From contig JAILGI010000003.1 in assembly GCA_024696885.1 (NCBI GenBank), positions 8,897-72,896 on the forward strand: a DNA stretch of 64,000 bases. Reading direction: 5' to 3'. The translations under genes and the position numbers were made by a program. The DNA comes from Bacilli bacterium. Its GTDB lineage: Bacteria; Bacillota_I; Bacilli_A; RFN20; CAG-826. The notes beneath the pieces are model-generated. The model saw only the letters and a program-made list of their open reading frames with translations. It was not told where the DNA came from and ran no database searches. Below, piece by piece: positions 39,363 through 49,003 of this stretch. How positions within the stretch are numbered: position 1 is the first letter of the stretch; the number at the start of each line of letters is the position of its first letter.

Positions 39363-40077
39363 TCAAGTGATACATTAATATCGCACCTGCTGTGGCGACA
39401 TTTAAGGAATCTATATTATCAATTGGTATCTTCACAAAGATGTCAGATTCATTAATCGTTTTTTGGCTCACTCCATGAGCTTCATTACCTAATACAAGGA
39501 TGAAATCTTTATTGTTATTTAATTCATCTAAATTGATGGATTTTTCATTTAATGTAGAGGTAATAACGACTTTATCTTTTTTATAATCTTTTAATTCACC
39601 TTCTAATATAGGAATAAGAAACATCGCTCCTTTAGTAGCACTTACGACTTTGGAGTTATAAATAGAGACGCATTCTTTATTCACGATTACTGCATCATAA
39701 TTAAAGGCTAAAGCGGTGCGGATAATCGTGCCCATATTGCCGGGATCATTAACGCCATCTAAATACACTACTTTATGCAATTCTTTATCTGTTTTATTTT
39801 CTAAAGTTTTACATATGGCAATGATGCCTTCAGGATTCTTTTGAGAAGATATTTTTTCAATGATTTCTTCACTGACAATGTATTGAGGTATATCATAACT
39901 AGCTTTAATTTCTTTAAGCGTAAATATCTCTTTAACAAGTTTCGCTTTTAAAGCTAATTCAATGCTTTTTTTACCCTCTAAGAGGAATTCTTGATTATCT
40001 TTAATATTATTCTTATTTTTTAAACTTGAAGCATAGACGACTCTTTTGTTGCTTCTTGAATTAATATAACTAATCAT
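39358..40077 (-). CDS. TrmH/SpoU-family RNA 2'-O-methyltransferase
   Basis: SPOUT motifs (LVLGNEAHG, IPI...SLNVATAGAILMY). Confidence 0.85.
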   Translation of the reverse strand: MISYINSRSNKRVVYASSLKNKNNIKDNQEFLLEGKKSIELALKAKLVKEIFTLKEIKASYDIPQYIVSEEIIEKISSQKNPEGIIAICKTLENKTDKELHKVVYLDGVNDPGNMGTIIRTALAFNYDAVIVNKECVSIYNSKVVSATKGAMFLIPILEGELKDYKKDKVVITSTLNEKSINLDELNNNKDFILVLGNEAHGVSQKTINESDIFVKIPIDNIDSLNVATAGAILMYHLK

Positions 40078-40714
40078 GGGCGAATACTCCTTTAATTAAA
40101 TATTGACGTAACTGTTTATAATTTGGACAATATTGGTAGACAATTTTATAAAAATTGGCTTGGTGGTTTAATTCAAAATTATGGGCTAATTCGTGGATCA
40201 CCACTGAATCAATTATATCTTCTTGATAATGAATTAACACCATACAAAAAGTGATGCTTTTATGTGCGGGAACATTTGATCCATAACGCGTGGTCATTCG
40301 TCTCACTCTGACTTTACTTTCATATGTGTTCATTATTTCTTCATATTTTCTGACGCGGGTTGTGATATAGATTAAGAACCATTTCTTTAATTTCTTTTCT
40401 AAATCTTCATTATCTTTATAGGAGATGATATCCCCGTTATTTAAATGAATGATATGTTCTTCAGTGAGAGGATATTTCTCCCCTAAGATATAGATATAAT
40501 CTTCTCCTTGCCCGGAAATAGTAGGGTTATCTTTCACCAATTTATCGAAGAATTTTTCTAACCCACTTTTGATGAATATTTTACTCGCCATTCTTGGCGC
40601 GGATACGTGAAATTCACCCTCTTTAAAAGAGTATCTTACAGAGCGCATTTTCTTTCTTTTGACGATAACAGGATATTCTTTTCCGTCTTTAATAAAGATA
40701 AAGTTATCAAACAT
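40070..40714 (-). CDS. M48/DUF45 (YgjP/SprT-like) zinc metallopeptidase-fold protein
   Basis: HELAHNFELNH HExxH motif. Confidence 0.75.
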   Translation of the reverse strand: MFDNFIFIKDGKEYPVIVKRKKMRSVRYSFKEGEFHVSAPRMASKIFIKSGLEKFFDKLVKDNPTISGQGEDYIYILGEKYPLTEEHIIHLNNGDIISYKDNEDLEKKLKKWFLIYITTRVRKYEEIMNTYESKVRVRRMTTRYGSNVPAHKSITFCMVLIHYQEDIIDSVVIHELAHNFELNHQANFYKIVYQYCPNYKQLRQYLIKGVFAHD

Positions 40715-40767
40715 GGAAATATTATAACTTGCTTTATTTTACATTTAATCAATAAAATGTATTTGGT

Positions 40768-41199
40768 ATGGAAAAGATTTTAATATCGGCTTGTTTGGTG
40801 GGTGATAAAACGAGATATGATGGGAAACATAATTTAAATCCATCTATTTCCCAATTATTAGAAAAATACGAATTAGTCCCCTTTTGCCCAGAAGTAGAAG
40901 GTGGTTTACCTACACCGAGAAATCCGAGTGAAATCAAAGGTGATAAAGTTATCATGGATAATGGTCATGACGTTACTGATAATTTTAAAGAAGGGGCGAT
41001 TAAAGCTTTAATGCTCTGTCAATTCTTAAAAATCAAGATTGCCGTGCTTAAAGAAAGGAGCCCATCCTGTGGGACGCATCAAGTTCATGATGGATCATTT
41101 AAAAACAAATTAATAGAGGGAATGGGTATCACCGCGAAGCTATTAAAAGAAAACAATATAGACGTCTATAGTGAAGATGAAATTGATAAGTTGTTATAA
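40768..41199 (+). CDS. DUF523 family protein (TudS-like, putative thiouracil desulfidase)
   Basis: 143 aa. ILISACLVG...PFCPE...SPSCG Cys pattern of DUF523. Confidence 0.65.
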   Translation: MEKILISACLVGDKTRYDGKHNLNPSISQLLEKYELVPFCPEVEGGLPTPRNPSEIKGDKVIMDNGHDVTDNFKEGAIKALMLCQFLKIKIAVLKERSPSCGTHQVHDGSFKNKLIEGMGITAKLLKENNIDVYSEDEIDKLL

Positions 41200-41226
41200 G
41201 AAAAGACCCTTTATAGGGTCTTTGTT

Positions 41227-41721
41227 TTAGTAGTTATTTTGTTGTCTTTGATAATTGACTTCTAACTTTTTAAAGTAGGCATCTTTTAATGATTTCCAGC
41301 GATATCCTAATAAAGGAAGAAGATTTAAGAATGATTGGAACGCTCTTATGTAGCTCTTTTCATCCTGCTTCTTATAAAAGACATCGATATTGTGATAGAT
41401 AAGATGGAATTGACTCGTTAAATCATCTAAGTGCTTAGTGAGATGATAATTCATCTTACTCGTTTTAATATCAACACCTAAGGAGAGGAAGAAATGGAGA
41501 CCATCCGCATATTCGTCTAAGACGATTTCTTTTTTATCCATTCCTTTGTTGGACCAGTATTTGAAGCAACGGGTGGTGTTGGCTAATTCGCCAATTTCCA
41601 CTATAAGGGCCATAATGCGCTTACTGCGCGTTGTTTCATAACTCACTTGATGCGAATTAGCAATATAGGCATCAAGCTTTGCTTGTGCTTTAAAAAGTTC
41701 TTCTAATTCAATGAGGGTCAT
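41227..41721 (-). CDS. Dimeric all-alpha dUTPase-family protein (dUTPase_2 / MazG-like NTP pyrophosphatase fold)
   Basis: ALIVEIGELANTTRCFKYW...EYADGLHFFLSLG matches the dimeric-dUTPase signature. Confidence 0.55.
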   Translation of the reverse strand: MTLIELEELFKAQAKLDAYIANSHQVSYETTRSKRIMALIVEIGELANTTRCFKYWSNKGMDKKEIVLDEYADGLHFFLSLGVDIKTSKMNYHLTKHLDDLTSQFHLIYHNIDVFYKKQDEKSYIRAFQSFLNLLPLLGYRWKSLKDAYFKKLEVNYQRQQNNY

Positions 41722-41722
41722 A

Positions 41723-44128
41723 TTATTTAACTTTGCTTAAGCCCCAGATTTCCTTAGCGTATTGTTCAATCGTTCTATCAGAGGTGAAATATCCGGAATT
41801 AGCGATATTGATTAACGCCATCTTAGCCCAGAGGTATTTATCTTGATAAAGTTCGTTGATCTTTTCTTGGGCTTTGAGATAGGAATCGAAATCCTTAAGG
41901 ATGAAGTATTGATCATGACGGTTCATGATTTCATCAAAGATGAGGGAGAATTTATCTTGTTTATATTGACACCACTCACCATGAAATAAGGAATCTAAAA
42001 CATTCTTAATACGCATATCGGAATTGTAGATATCCCATGGGTTATAGGTACCCTCGCGATATAATTGTTCGGTTTCATCGCTTGTTAAGCCGAAGATAAC
42101 TTCGTTTTCTTTACCGGCGTTTTCGACGATTTCAATATTTGCACCATCCATGGTACCTAGGGTAATAGCACCGTTCATCATGAATTTCATGTTGGAGGTA
42201 CCACTAGCTTCTTTACCAGCGGTGGAAATTTGTTCACTGACATCGGCAGCAGGGATAATCTTCTCGGCGAGAGAGACACCATAGTTTTCCAAGAAAACTA
42301 CTTTTAAGAATTTATTGGTTTCTTCATCGTTATTGACGACTTCACTAACAGCGACGATCAATTCGATAATCTTCTTCGCATAGACATAGCTAGGCGCCGC
42401 TTTTGCCCCAAAGATGAAGGTATGAGGATAGATTCTGAATTCAGGATCGGACTTCATTCTTTGATAGAGATAGATGATATGGAAGACATTCATCAATTGT
42501 CTCTTATAGGCGTGAAGACGTTTAATTTGGACATCAAAGATGGAGTTGATATCGACATCGATATGGTTATGTTCTTTGATGTATTTCGCTAAGGCTTTCT
42601 TATTTTCTAATTTGACATCGATAATCTTATCGAGGACTTTCTTATCATTTTGATAAGCCTCAAAGGCTTTGATTTGATCCATGTCTTTAATCCATTTATC
42701 GCCAATCTTGCTGGTAATTAATTCAGCAAGTTTTGGGTTAGCGTATAATAACCAACGACGATGGGTGACACCGTTTGTTTTGTTATTAAACTTTTCAGGC
42801 ATGTAATTATAGAAATCTTTAAAGGTGATATCTTTGATGATTTCGGTATGTAAAGCAGCGACACCATTAACGGAGAAGCAGGTGTAAATCGCTAAATTAC
42901 ACATATGGATTTGACCATCTTTGATGATGTTCATTGCCCATCTAGCGGAATCAGAGATACCTTTTTCGTTCATTTCGATGTTAAAACGACGATTGATTTC
43001 TTCAATAATCATATAAACACGTGGAATGAGGTTTTGGACGTAATTGACTGGCCATTTTTCTAAGGCTTCCGGCATGACGGTGTGGTTAGTAAACGCCATA
43101 CATTGTCTTACTTCTTCCCAAGCTTCGTCCCAACCCATTTCGTATTCATCAATCATGATTCTCATCATTTCTGGGATGGCTAAGATGGGGTGTGTATCGT
43201 TTAATTGGAAAACATAGTTTTTATGGATACCAACGAGGGTGCCATTATGTTTGTAGTAACTTTGTAAGACAGATTGAAGACCGCTAGATACTAAGAAGTA
43301 TTGTTGGCGCAATCTTAAAATACGGCCATGTTCTGTGGAATCATCGGGATATAAACCATAGCACATTTCCTCTAAGAAATTGAGGTAATCGTTGAATGTC
43401 ATATTCTTAGGAATATGATGGTTAGTTGGTTCGGCATTCCAAAGACGTAGTGTATTGGTTTGGTGATTGCGATAACCAACGACTGGAACATCATATGGAA
43501 CAGCGCGTACCACGACCGCATCTCTTGTTCTAATACCATATGAACCATCTGGTTTCATATAGGTTTCTGGTAAACCATAGAATTTGATTTCTTGGGCGTA
43601 TTTGGATTTTCTTACTTCCCAAACGTTTCCATCGGTTAACCATTGATCAGGTAATTCTCTTTGCTTACCATCGATAATTCTTTGTTTAAAGAATCCATAT
43701 TGATAACGAATACAGTTACCGTGACCAATATAGCCTAAAGAGGCGATAGAATCTAAGAAACAGGCGGCAAGACGGCCAAGACCACCATTACCTAAACCGG
43801 CATCAGATTCTTCCTCTTCTAATTCATGAATATTAATTCCTAATTCTTCTAAGCCTTGTTTAACCACTTCATAAATGCCTAAATTTTGCATATTGTTGAC
43901 TAACAAACGGCCAATTAAGAATTCCATGGAGAAATAAATTAAGGTCTTTTTGTCTTGATTAACGGTTTCGTGATGGGTTTTACTCCAGTCCACGTTAGCG
44001 TAATCACGGACCATTTCTCCTAAAATTTCGTAGCGTTCTGAGATATGGCTTTCATTAACTGAAATACCATAACGTTCAAGCATACGACGATTAAATTCTT
44101 TTTTAAAAACGTCTTTGTTTTTAAACAT
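41723..44128 (-). CDS. glgP: Glycogen/maltodextrin phosphorylase (GT35)
   Basis: 801 aa. EASGTSNMKFMMNGA pyridoxal-phosphate lysine motif. Confidence 0.95.
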   Translation of the reverse strand: MFKNKDVFKKEFNRRMLERYGISVNESHISERYEILGEMVRDYANVDWSKTHHETVNQDKKTLIYFSMEFLIGRLLVNNMQNLGIYEVVKQGLEELGINIHELEEEESDAGLGNGGLGRLAACFLDSIASLGYIGHGNCIRYQYGFFKQRIIDGKQRELPDQWLTDGNVWEVRKSKYAQEIKFYGLPETYMKPDGSYGIRTRDAVVVRAVPYDVPVVGYRNHQTNTLRLWNAEPTNHHIPKNMTFNDYLNFLEEMCYGLYPDDSTEHGRILRLRQQYFLVSSGLQSVLQSYYKHNGTLVGIHKNYVFQLNDTHPILAIPEMMRIMIDEYEMGWDEAWEEVRQCMAFTNHTVMPEALEKWPVNYVQNLIPRVYMIIEEINRRFNIEMNEKGISDSARWAMNIIKDGQIHMCNLAIYTCFSVNGVAALHTEIIKDITFKDFYNYMPEKFNNKTNGVTHRRWLLYANPKLAELITSKIGDKWIKDMDQIKAFEAYQNDKKVLDKIIDVKLENKKALAKYIKEHNHIDVDINSIFDVQIKRLHAYKRQLMNVFHIIYLYQRMKSDPEFRIYPHTFIFGAKAAPSYVYAKKIIELIVAVSEVVNNDEETNKFLKVVFLENYGVSLAEKIIPAADVSEQISTAGKEASGTSNMKFMMNGAITLGTMDGANIEIVENAGKENEVIFGLTSDETEQLYREGTYNPWDIYNSDMRIKNVLDSLFHGEWCQYKQDKFSLIFDEIMNRHDQYFILKDFDSYLKAQEKINELYQDKYLWAKMALINIANSGYFTSDRTIEQYAKEIWGLSKVK

Positions 44129-44153
44129 ATGTGAACTCCTTTATAGATGTAAT

Positions 44154-46046
44154 TTATTTTGTCTTTTTAGGGGCACTAGTTCTTTTCGCTTTGGGCTTTT
44201 CAACTTTCTTTTCTTCTTTTACTAACTTAAATATTGCAGCACCTAAGGAAGCGAGTTTCATGGTGACATGGAAGGGCTTTCCTTCAAATGAACCAGGCTC
44301 AGTTTGTAATGGTAAACCATTATATTGATTATTTCCACCATAAATGTCTTTATCGGTGTTTAAAATTTCTTCGTACTTGCCTTCGTATTTGACTGGAATA
44401 TTAATATATTCGTAATAATTTGGTGTCATATTGAAGACGAATAAGAGGACACTATCGCCTACTTCTCTTTCGAATGCGAACACGCTTTGATCAGCGTTAT
44501 CCACCATCATCCATTCAAAGTGAGCGGGGTTATGTTCTTCATAATGCATCGCTGGATATGCGCGATAGATGAAGTTGAGGTCTTTCACTAATCTACTGAC
44601 AGAGTCATGGATTGGGAATCTCTTTAAGTCCCATTGGAGGCCCTTAGATTCATTCCATTCATCAAATGTACCTAATTCATTGCCCATGAAGTTGAGTTTT
44701 TTACCAGGATGGGCAAATTGATAGGTATATAAGTTTCTCAATAAGGCGAATTTGTTGTTATAATCGCCCCACATCTTATTAATAATGGTGCCTTTACCAT
44801 GCACGACTTCGTCGTGAGAGAGAGGTAACATGAAGTTATCCGCGTAGAAATAGGCCATGGAGAAGGTGAGTTTGTTATGGTCATATTTCTTATAGATTGG
44901 GTCTAAACCATAGTATTTAAGAGTATCGTTCATCCAACCTAAATCCCATTTATAATCGAAGCCTAAGCCACCGTATTCGGTTGGTTTTGTGGTGCCAGCG
45001 AACGCTGTGCTATCTTCAGCGATCATCATGACGGAATCATGAGCGATATGGATTTTGGCATTTAATCTCTTAATAAATTCGACAGCGCCTTCATTTAAAC
45101 CGATGGAGGAATCGCCATTGTAATAAATGATGTTACTAACCGCATCAACACGGATTCCATCGAAATGGAAGTAATCGATGAAATAATTCATCGCACTCAT
45201 TAAGAAGGAACGAACTGGATCCTTGCCTAAATCGAATTGATAACTGCCCCAAGGAGAAACTCTCCATTGATTGTTATATTCATATAAGTAGGAGCCATCG
45301 TATTCCGCGAGAGCCCAACGGTCAGAGGCAAAGTGCACAGGAGCAAAATCTAAGATGACACCGATTCCCGCTTGATGTAAACGGTCAATTAATGACATTA
45401 ATTGGAATGGATTGCCATATTTTGAATCAACGGAATAGAAACCTGTGGCTTGATATCCCCAAGAACCATCAAATGGGTGTTGGACGATAGGCATAATTTC
45501 CACGTGTGTATAGCCCATACCATTGATATATGGAATTAATTGATCAGCGATTTCTTCATAGGAGAGGGTATGACCATCAGCGGCTTTACCAAACCAGCTA
45601 CCTAAGTGCATTTCATAAATGCTCATTGGTGCGTCGAAGTTTCTACTTCTATGATGTAACCATTCATCATCGTGCCAAGCAAAGTTACGATTATCGAATA
45701 ATCGTGAGCAGGTACCTGGACGGTTTTCACTATAGAAAGCATATGGATCGATTTTGTCGACATATTGTCCTTTTGCGTTCTTGAAGTGGAATTTATAGCA
45801 TTGATAATTGCTTAAGTTTGGAATAAATACTTCCCAAACACCGCAGTCATCGATTTTGTGCATTTTGTGAGCACCGACGTCCCAGTTATTCCAATCACCG
45901 ATAACACTGACATCGTCGGCCATTGGAGCGTAAAGTCTAAATGTAACGCCACTACCTCTTTCATCTTCAGAGAAATGCGCGCCAAAATAATTGTGAGCTT
46001 CTAAACATTGACCCATTAAAAAGTCATGAAGTAATCCATAAGCCAT
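44154..46046 (-). CDS. glgB: 1,4-alpha-glucan branching enzyme (GH13_9)
   Basis: 630 aa with CBM48-like N-terminus and GH13 regions (GIGVILDFAPVH, GIRVDAVS, EDST). Confidence 0.93.
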   Translation of the reverse strand: MAYGLLHDFLMGQCLEAHNYFGAHFSEDERGSGVTFRLYAPMADDVSVIGDWNNWDVGAHKMHKIDDCGVWEVFIPNLSNYQCYKFHFKNAKGQYVDKIDPYAFYSENRPGTCSRLFDNRNFAWHDDEWLHHRSRNFDAPMSIYEMHLGSWFGKAADGHTLSYEEIADQLIPYINGMGYTHVEIMPIVQHPFDGSWGYQATGFYSVDSKYGNPFQLMSLIDRLHQAGIGVILDFAPVHFASDRWALAEYDGSYLYEYNNQWRVSPWGSYQFDLGKDPVRSFLMSAMNYFIDYFHFDGIRVDAVSNIIYYNGDSSIGLNEGAVEFIKRLNAKIHIAHDSVMMIAEDSTAFAGTTKPTEYGGLGFDYKWDLGWMNDTLKYYGLDPIYKKYDHNKLTFSMAYFYADNFMLPLSHDEVVHGKGTIINKMWGDYNNKFALLRNLYTYQFAHPGKKLNFMGNELGTFDEWNESKGLQWDLKRFPIHDSVSRLVKDLNFIYRAYPAMHYEEHNPAHFEWMMVDNADQSVFAFEREVGDSVLLFVFNMTPNYYEYINIPVKYEGKYEEILNTDKDIYGGNNQYNGLPLQTEPGSFEGKPFHVTMKLASLGAAIFKLVKEEKKVEKPKAKRTSAPKKTK

Positions 46047-46141
46047 ATCAAAACCTCCTATTACTCCATATATAGTTTAAAATATTAATATAAGTACAAC
46101 AAGGTTTTATTTTATAAATAAAACAATTTATCACTTACAAA

Positions 46142-46176
46142 TAAAAAAGCGGCCCCGAAGGACCGCATTTTTTAAG
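46142..46176. terminator. Bidirectional terminator between the 467-aa lipoprotein gene and glgB
   Basis: AAAAAA-GCGGCCCCGAAGGACCGC-ATTTTTT. On the minus transcript this is GCGGUCC-UUCG-GGGCCGC plus a U-tract. Confidence 0.8.
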
Positions 46177-46185
46177 TGTAAATAA

Positions 46186-47589
46186 TTACGCTAATGGAGT
46201 GAGTGCAGTGTAGATAAATGTAACTTTATCTTCTTGATACACTCTATGACCTTTTCTTGTGAAGGAAGCGATTTCACTGATAACTGGTGTGCCATCGATG
46301 TTAGAAATTGATTCATCAAAGAAGGAATATTGCACGAATTTGGTTTCGTTTGCATCTATAGCGGCACGATATTGATAAACACCGTTTTGGTAAAGAATTT
46401 CGTAATCATCCTTTGGATAATAGGCGGTTTCAAAATCGTTATACGCTTTATGATATTCGAAATTGAGTTCATCAATTGTAGCTGCTAAACCTTCAGTGGC
46501 TTTGAAGGCATCAAGCATACTTTCTTGTTCAAATTTTCCTTCAAATGGAGTTCCATCAAATGATGGAGCGACTTTTTCTTCTGTCACATCTTTTTCTGGG
46601 TAAGTCACTGGATCTTTATCTGTCTCTGTCACTGAGGTTGTTAATGTCCATGTGTTAGATGCTAAATCTTTTAAGACATAGGTATTTACAGTAACTTTTG
46701 TATTATTTAATGAACCTTTATCGTCATAAGTATCTACGACTGTAGTTTCGACAATTTGCCAATTATCTTTGCCATAGTTGCTGTGTTGAATGGTTGTGCT
46801 TGTACCACTTTCATTGACCCAACTATTATTGCTCCAAACTTGTCTTAATCCAGTTGTTGTTTCGATATAAGAAGCACTAGAAACGTTATGATCAATACTT
46901 GAAATACTGTTCAAAGTTTCAACACCAGCCTTTTCCTTATACTCATTTATTGTTTTCTTATAAACAATAGTTGGGTTTTTAGAATTGACTTTTTTGTAAC
47001 TATAAGATTCGTTTTGGGTTCTATCGACAACATATTCACCTTCGGTGACTTTACTGACAGATGTATTTTCATTGAAGGTATTTTCAACAGTTGTGGTATC
47101 AGGCGCTGATGTTTTTTCAGCGCTTTCATGTTTCACAGTTGTATTTGTGGAAACGGAAAGGGAATAACCTGATTTAACTTCTGAATAAACATAGCCGGCT
47201 TTTTCTTGGAAATAGGAATCTTCATCCTCTGTAATTGTCTTTTCTTCACTAACGTGAGAAAGGGATCCAGAGAATTTAGTGGAAACGCCAGATTCGGTTT
47301 TATCTAATGAATATTCAAGAGCTTCACCATATTTTTTCTCGCCTTCCCATTCTTTGATACCAGAAGAAGCAAGTTTGATAGATTTTGATGTGTTGTTTTC
47401 TTTTCTACTGACGATAATTTCGATAGCGTCACCTAATTTGAAATTACGGTTAGCTTCAGATTTAATGCCATCATAGAAGGATTTAAATTGTTCTTTTGTG
47501 TAGGTTTTAACACCACCATGGTTACATCCAACGAGTAAGAGGGATAATAAACCTAAGGAGATAAGTTTTTTATTGTTTTTCATAATCAT
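46186..47589 (-). CDS. Lipoprotein of unknown function, S/T/N-rich and predicted beta-rich; last gene of the maltodextrin ABC transporter operon
   Basis: Signal peptide plus lipobox LLLVGC. No recognisable catalytic motifs. Confidence 0.6.
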   Translation of the reverse strand: MIMKNNKKLISLGLLSLLLVGCNHGGVKTYTKEQFKSFYDGIKSEANRNFKLGDAIEIIVSRKENNTSKSIKLASSGIKEWEGEKKYGEALEYSLDKTESGVSTKFSGSLSHVSEEKTITEDEDSYFQEKAGYVYSEVKSGYSLSVSTNTTVKHESAEKTSAPDTTTVENTFNENTSVSKVTEGEYVVDRTQNESYSYKKVNSKNPTIVYKKTINEYKEKAGVETLNSISSIDHNVSSASYIETTTGLRQVWSNNSWVNESGTSTTIQHSNYGKDNWQIVETTVVDTYDDKGSLNNTKVTVNTYVLKDLASNTWTLTTSVTETDKDPVTYPEKDVTEEKVAPSFDGTPFEGKFEQESMLDAFKATEGLAATIDELNFEYHKAYNDFETAYYPKDDYEILYQNGVYQYRAAIDANETKFVQYSFFDESISNIDGTPVISEIASFTRKGHRVYQEDKVTFIYTALTPLA

Positions 47590-47595
47590 TTCCTC

Positions 47596-48063
47596 CTATT
47601 TCTCGTGAATGGCCAGGATGTAGCAAGATAATACACCACTGAACAATAAGTAGGCTAAGTAAACTAAATAGCCAGATTCTAATGTTTGTGACGCAATATA
47701 ATCGAATTCATAAGGAATAACTAATAAGCGCACGGCGGCGGTAAAGAATAAACCAATGAACGCGAATGCGGCAAGAATGGTCAATGTTTTAGCGACAAAT
47801 TGAACGATTTTGTTTTTAGAAACAAAGAGCATCAAGATGACAGCGGCAACAATGAACACCAAAGCGAGAATTGCGCCTGCTAAAGGAACCGCGATATGAT
47901 GATTCGCTTTAGCGACATCGATAAATTTCATCGTTTCGTTAATTGTGAAATAACGATATGAATAGAAAGGTAAGCAGAGTGTTGTGATCAACAACCCTAA
48001 GGAGAGCACTAATCCAATAATTGCATTGCGGCAAATACGGAATGGAGTTAATTCGCTATGCAT
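47596..48063 (-). CDS. Small integral membrane protein (4 predicted TM helices), unknown function
   Basis: 155 aa hydrophobic protein sitting between the MalG-like permease and the lipoprotein. Confidence 0.55.
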   Translation of the reverse strand: MHSELTPFRICRNAIIGLVLSLGLLITTLCLPFYSYRYFTINETMKFIDVAKANHHIAVPLAGAILALVFIVAAVILMLFVSKNKIVQFVAKTLTILAAFAFIGLFFTAAVRLLVIPYEFDYIASQTLESGYLVYLAYLLFSGVLSCYILAIHEK

Positions 48064-48073
48064 AACTGACCTC

Positions 48074-49003
48074 CTAACCTTTCACTGCGCCGGCGGTAAC
48101 ACCTTCGACGTAGTATTTTTGTAAGAACATGAATAAGCCAACAATCGGGATGCCTACGCACACACAGCCTGCGGCGAATTGTGTGAAGAAGTTAACATCG
48201 GATTGAGCACCAAACAAGAGTGAGTATAGACCAACGGAAACGGTCCAACATTCTGGGGCGCCTGTACCAATAATAACTTTGGCAAAGATGAAGTCCATCC
48301 ATGGTCCTGTAAAGGACATTAAAGCGGTATAAATAATGATTGGTTTAGATAATGGGAGAATAATCTTCCAGAAAATCTTGAAGTTGGAACAACCATCAAG
48401 TTTCGCAGATTCGACCAAGGAACTTGGGAGAACATCGAAGAAGCCTTTGGCAACTTGGAAGCCCATACCAGCACCGGCGGAATAAGCGAGGATTAAACCA
48501 ACGATATTTAACCATGCGTTATCAGCGGAATTACCCGCTAATCCGATGGATTTTAATAAGAAGTAAATAGCAATCATGGACATGAAGCCTGGGAACAAAC
48601 CAAGGATCATTGTGAGGTTCATGAATGGTTTACGCATTTTGAATTTTAATTTAGACATACAGTACGCAACAGAGAGTACTAAGAATGTGGAAATTAAACA
48701 GTCAACAACAGCGACGATTAAGGTGTTAAGAATCCATCTTGGGAAGACACCTTTAACGCCGTAGAATTGGCCTTGGAATAAGTTAATGAAGTTTTGGACG
48801 CCGAACTTCTTTGGGAAGTAGTTAGAAACAACGATACCAATTAATTGGCCGTCACTATTAACTTCGGTACGGAACGCACTGAGGACAATCCAGAAAATTG
48901 GAATAATCCAGATGAGTGATAACGTAACAAGGCCTAAATAAGATAAGGTTCTTGAGAGGATGGCACGACTTCTGATCGTGAGCAATACTTTTTTCTGTTT
49001 CAT
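48074..49003 (-). CDS. Maltodextrin/sugar ABC transporter permease (MalG/MdxG-like)
   Basis: EAA loop ESAKLDGCSNFKIFWKIILPLSKP. 6 TM helices. Confidence 0.88.
   Translation of the reverse strand: MKQKKVLLTIRSRAILSRTLSYLGLVTLSLIWIIPIFWIVLSAFRTEVNSDGQLIGIVVSNYFPKKFGVQNFINLFQGQFYGVKGVFPRWILNTLIVAVVDCLISTFLVLSVAYCMSKLKFKMRKPFMNLTMILGLFPGFMSMIAIYFLLKSIGLAGNSADNAWLNIVGLILAYSAGAGMGFQVAKGFFDVLPSSLVESAKLDGCSNFKIFWKIILPLSKPIIIYTALMSFTGPWMDFIFAKVIIGTGAPECWTVSVGLYSLLFGAQSDVNFFTQFAAGCVCVGIPIVGLFMFLQKYYVEGVTAGAVKG

Noticed and set aside
40749-40955. 68-aa minus-strand ORF
   Set aside because: Antisense overlap with the DUF523 start. The divergent promoter region is only 53 nt.
44131-44328. 65-aa plus-strand ORF at the glgB 3' end
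   Set aside because: Overlaps the glgB C-terminus on the opposite strand, with no ribosome-binding site.
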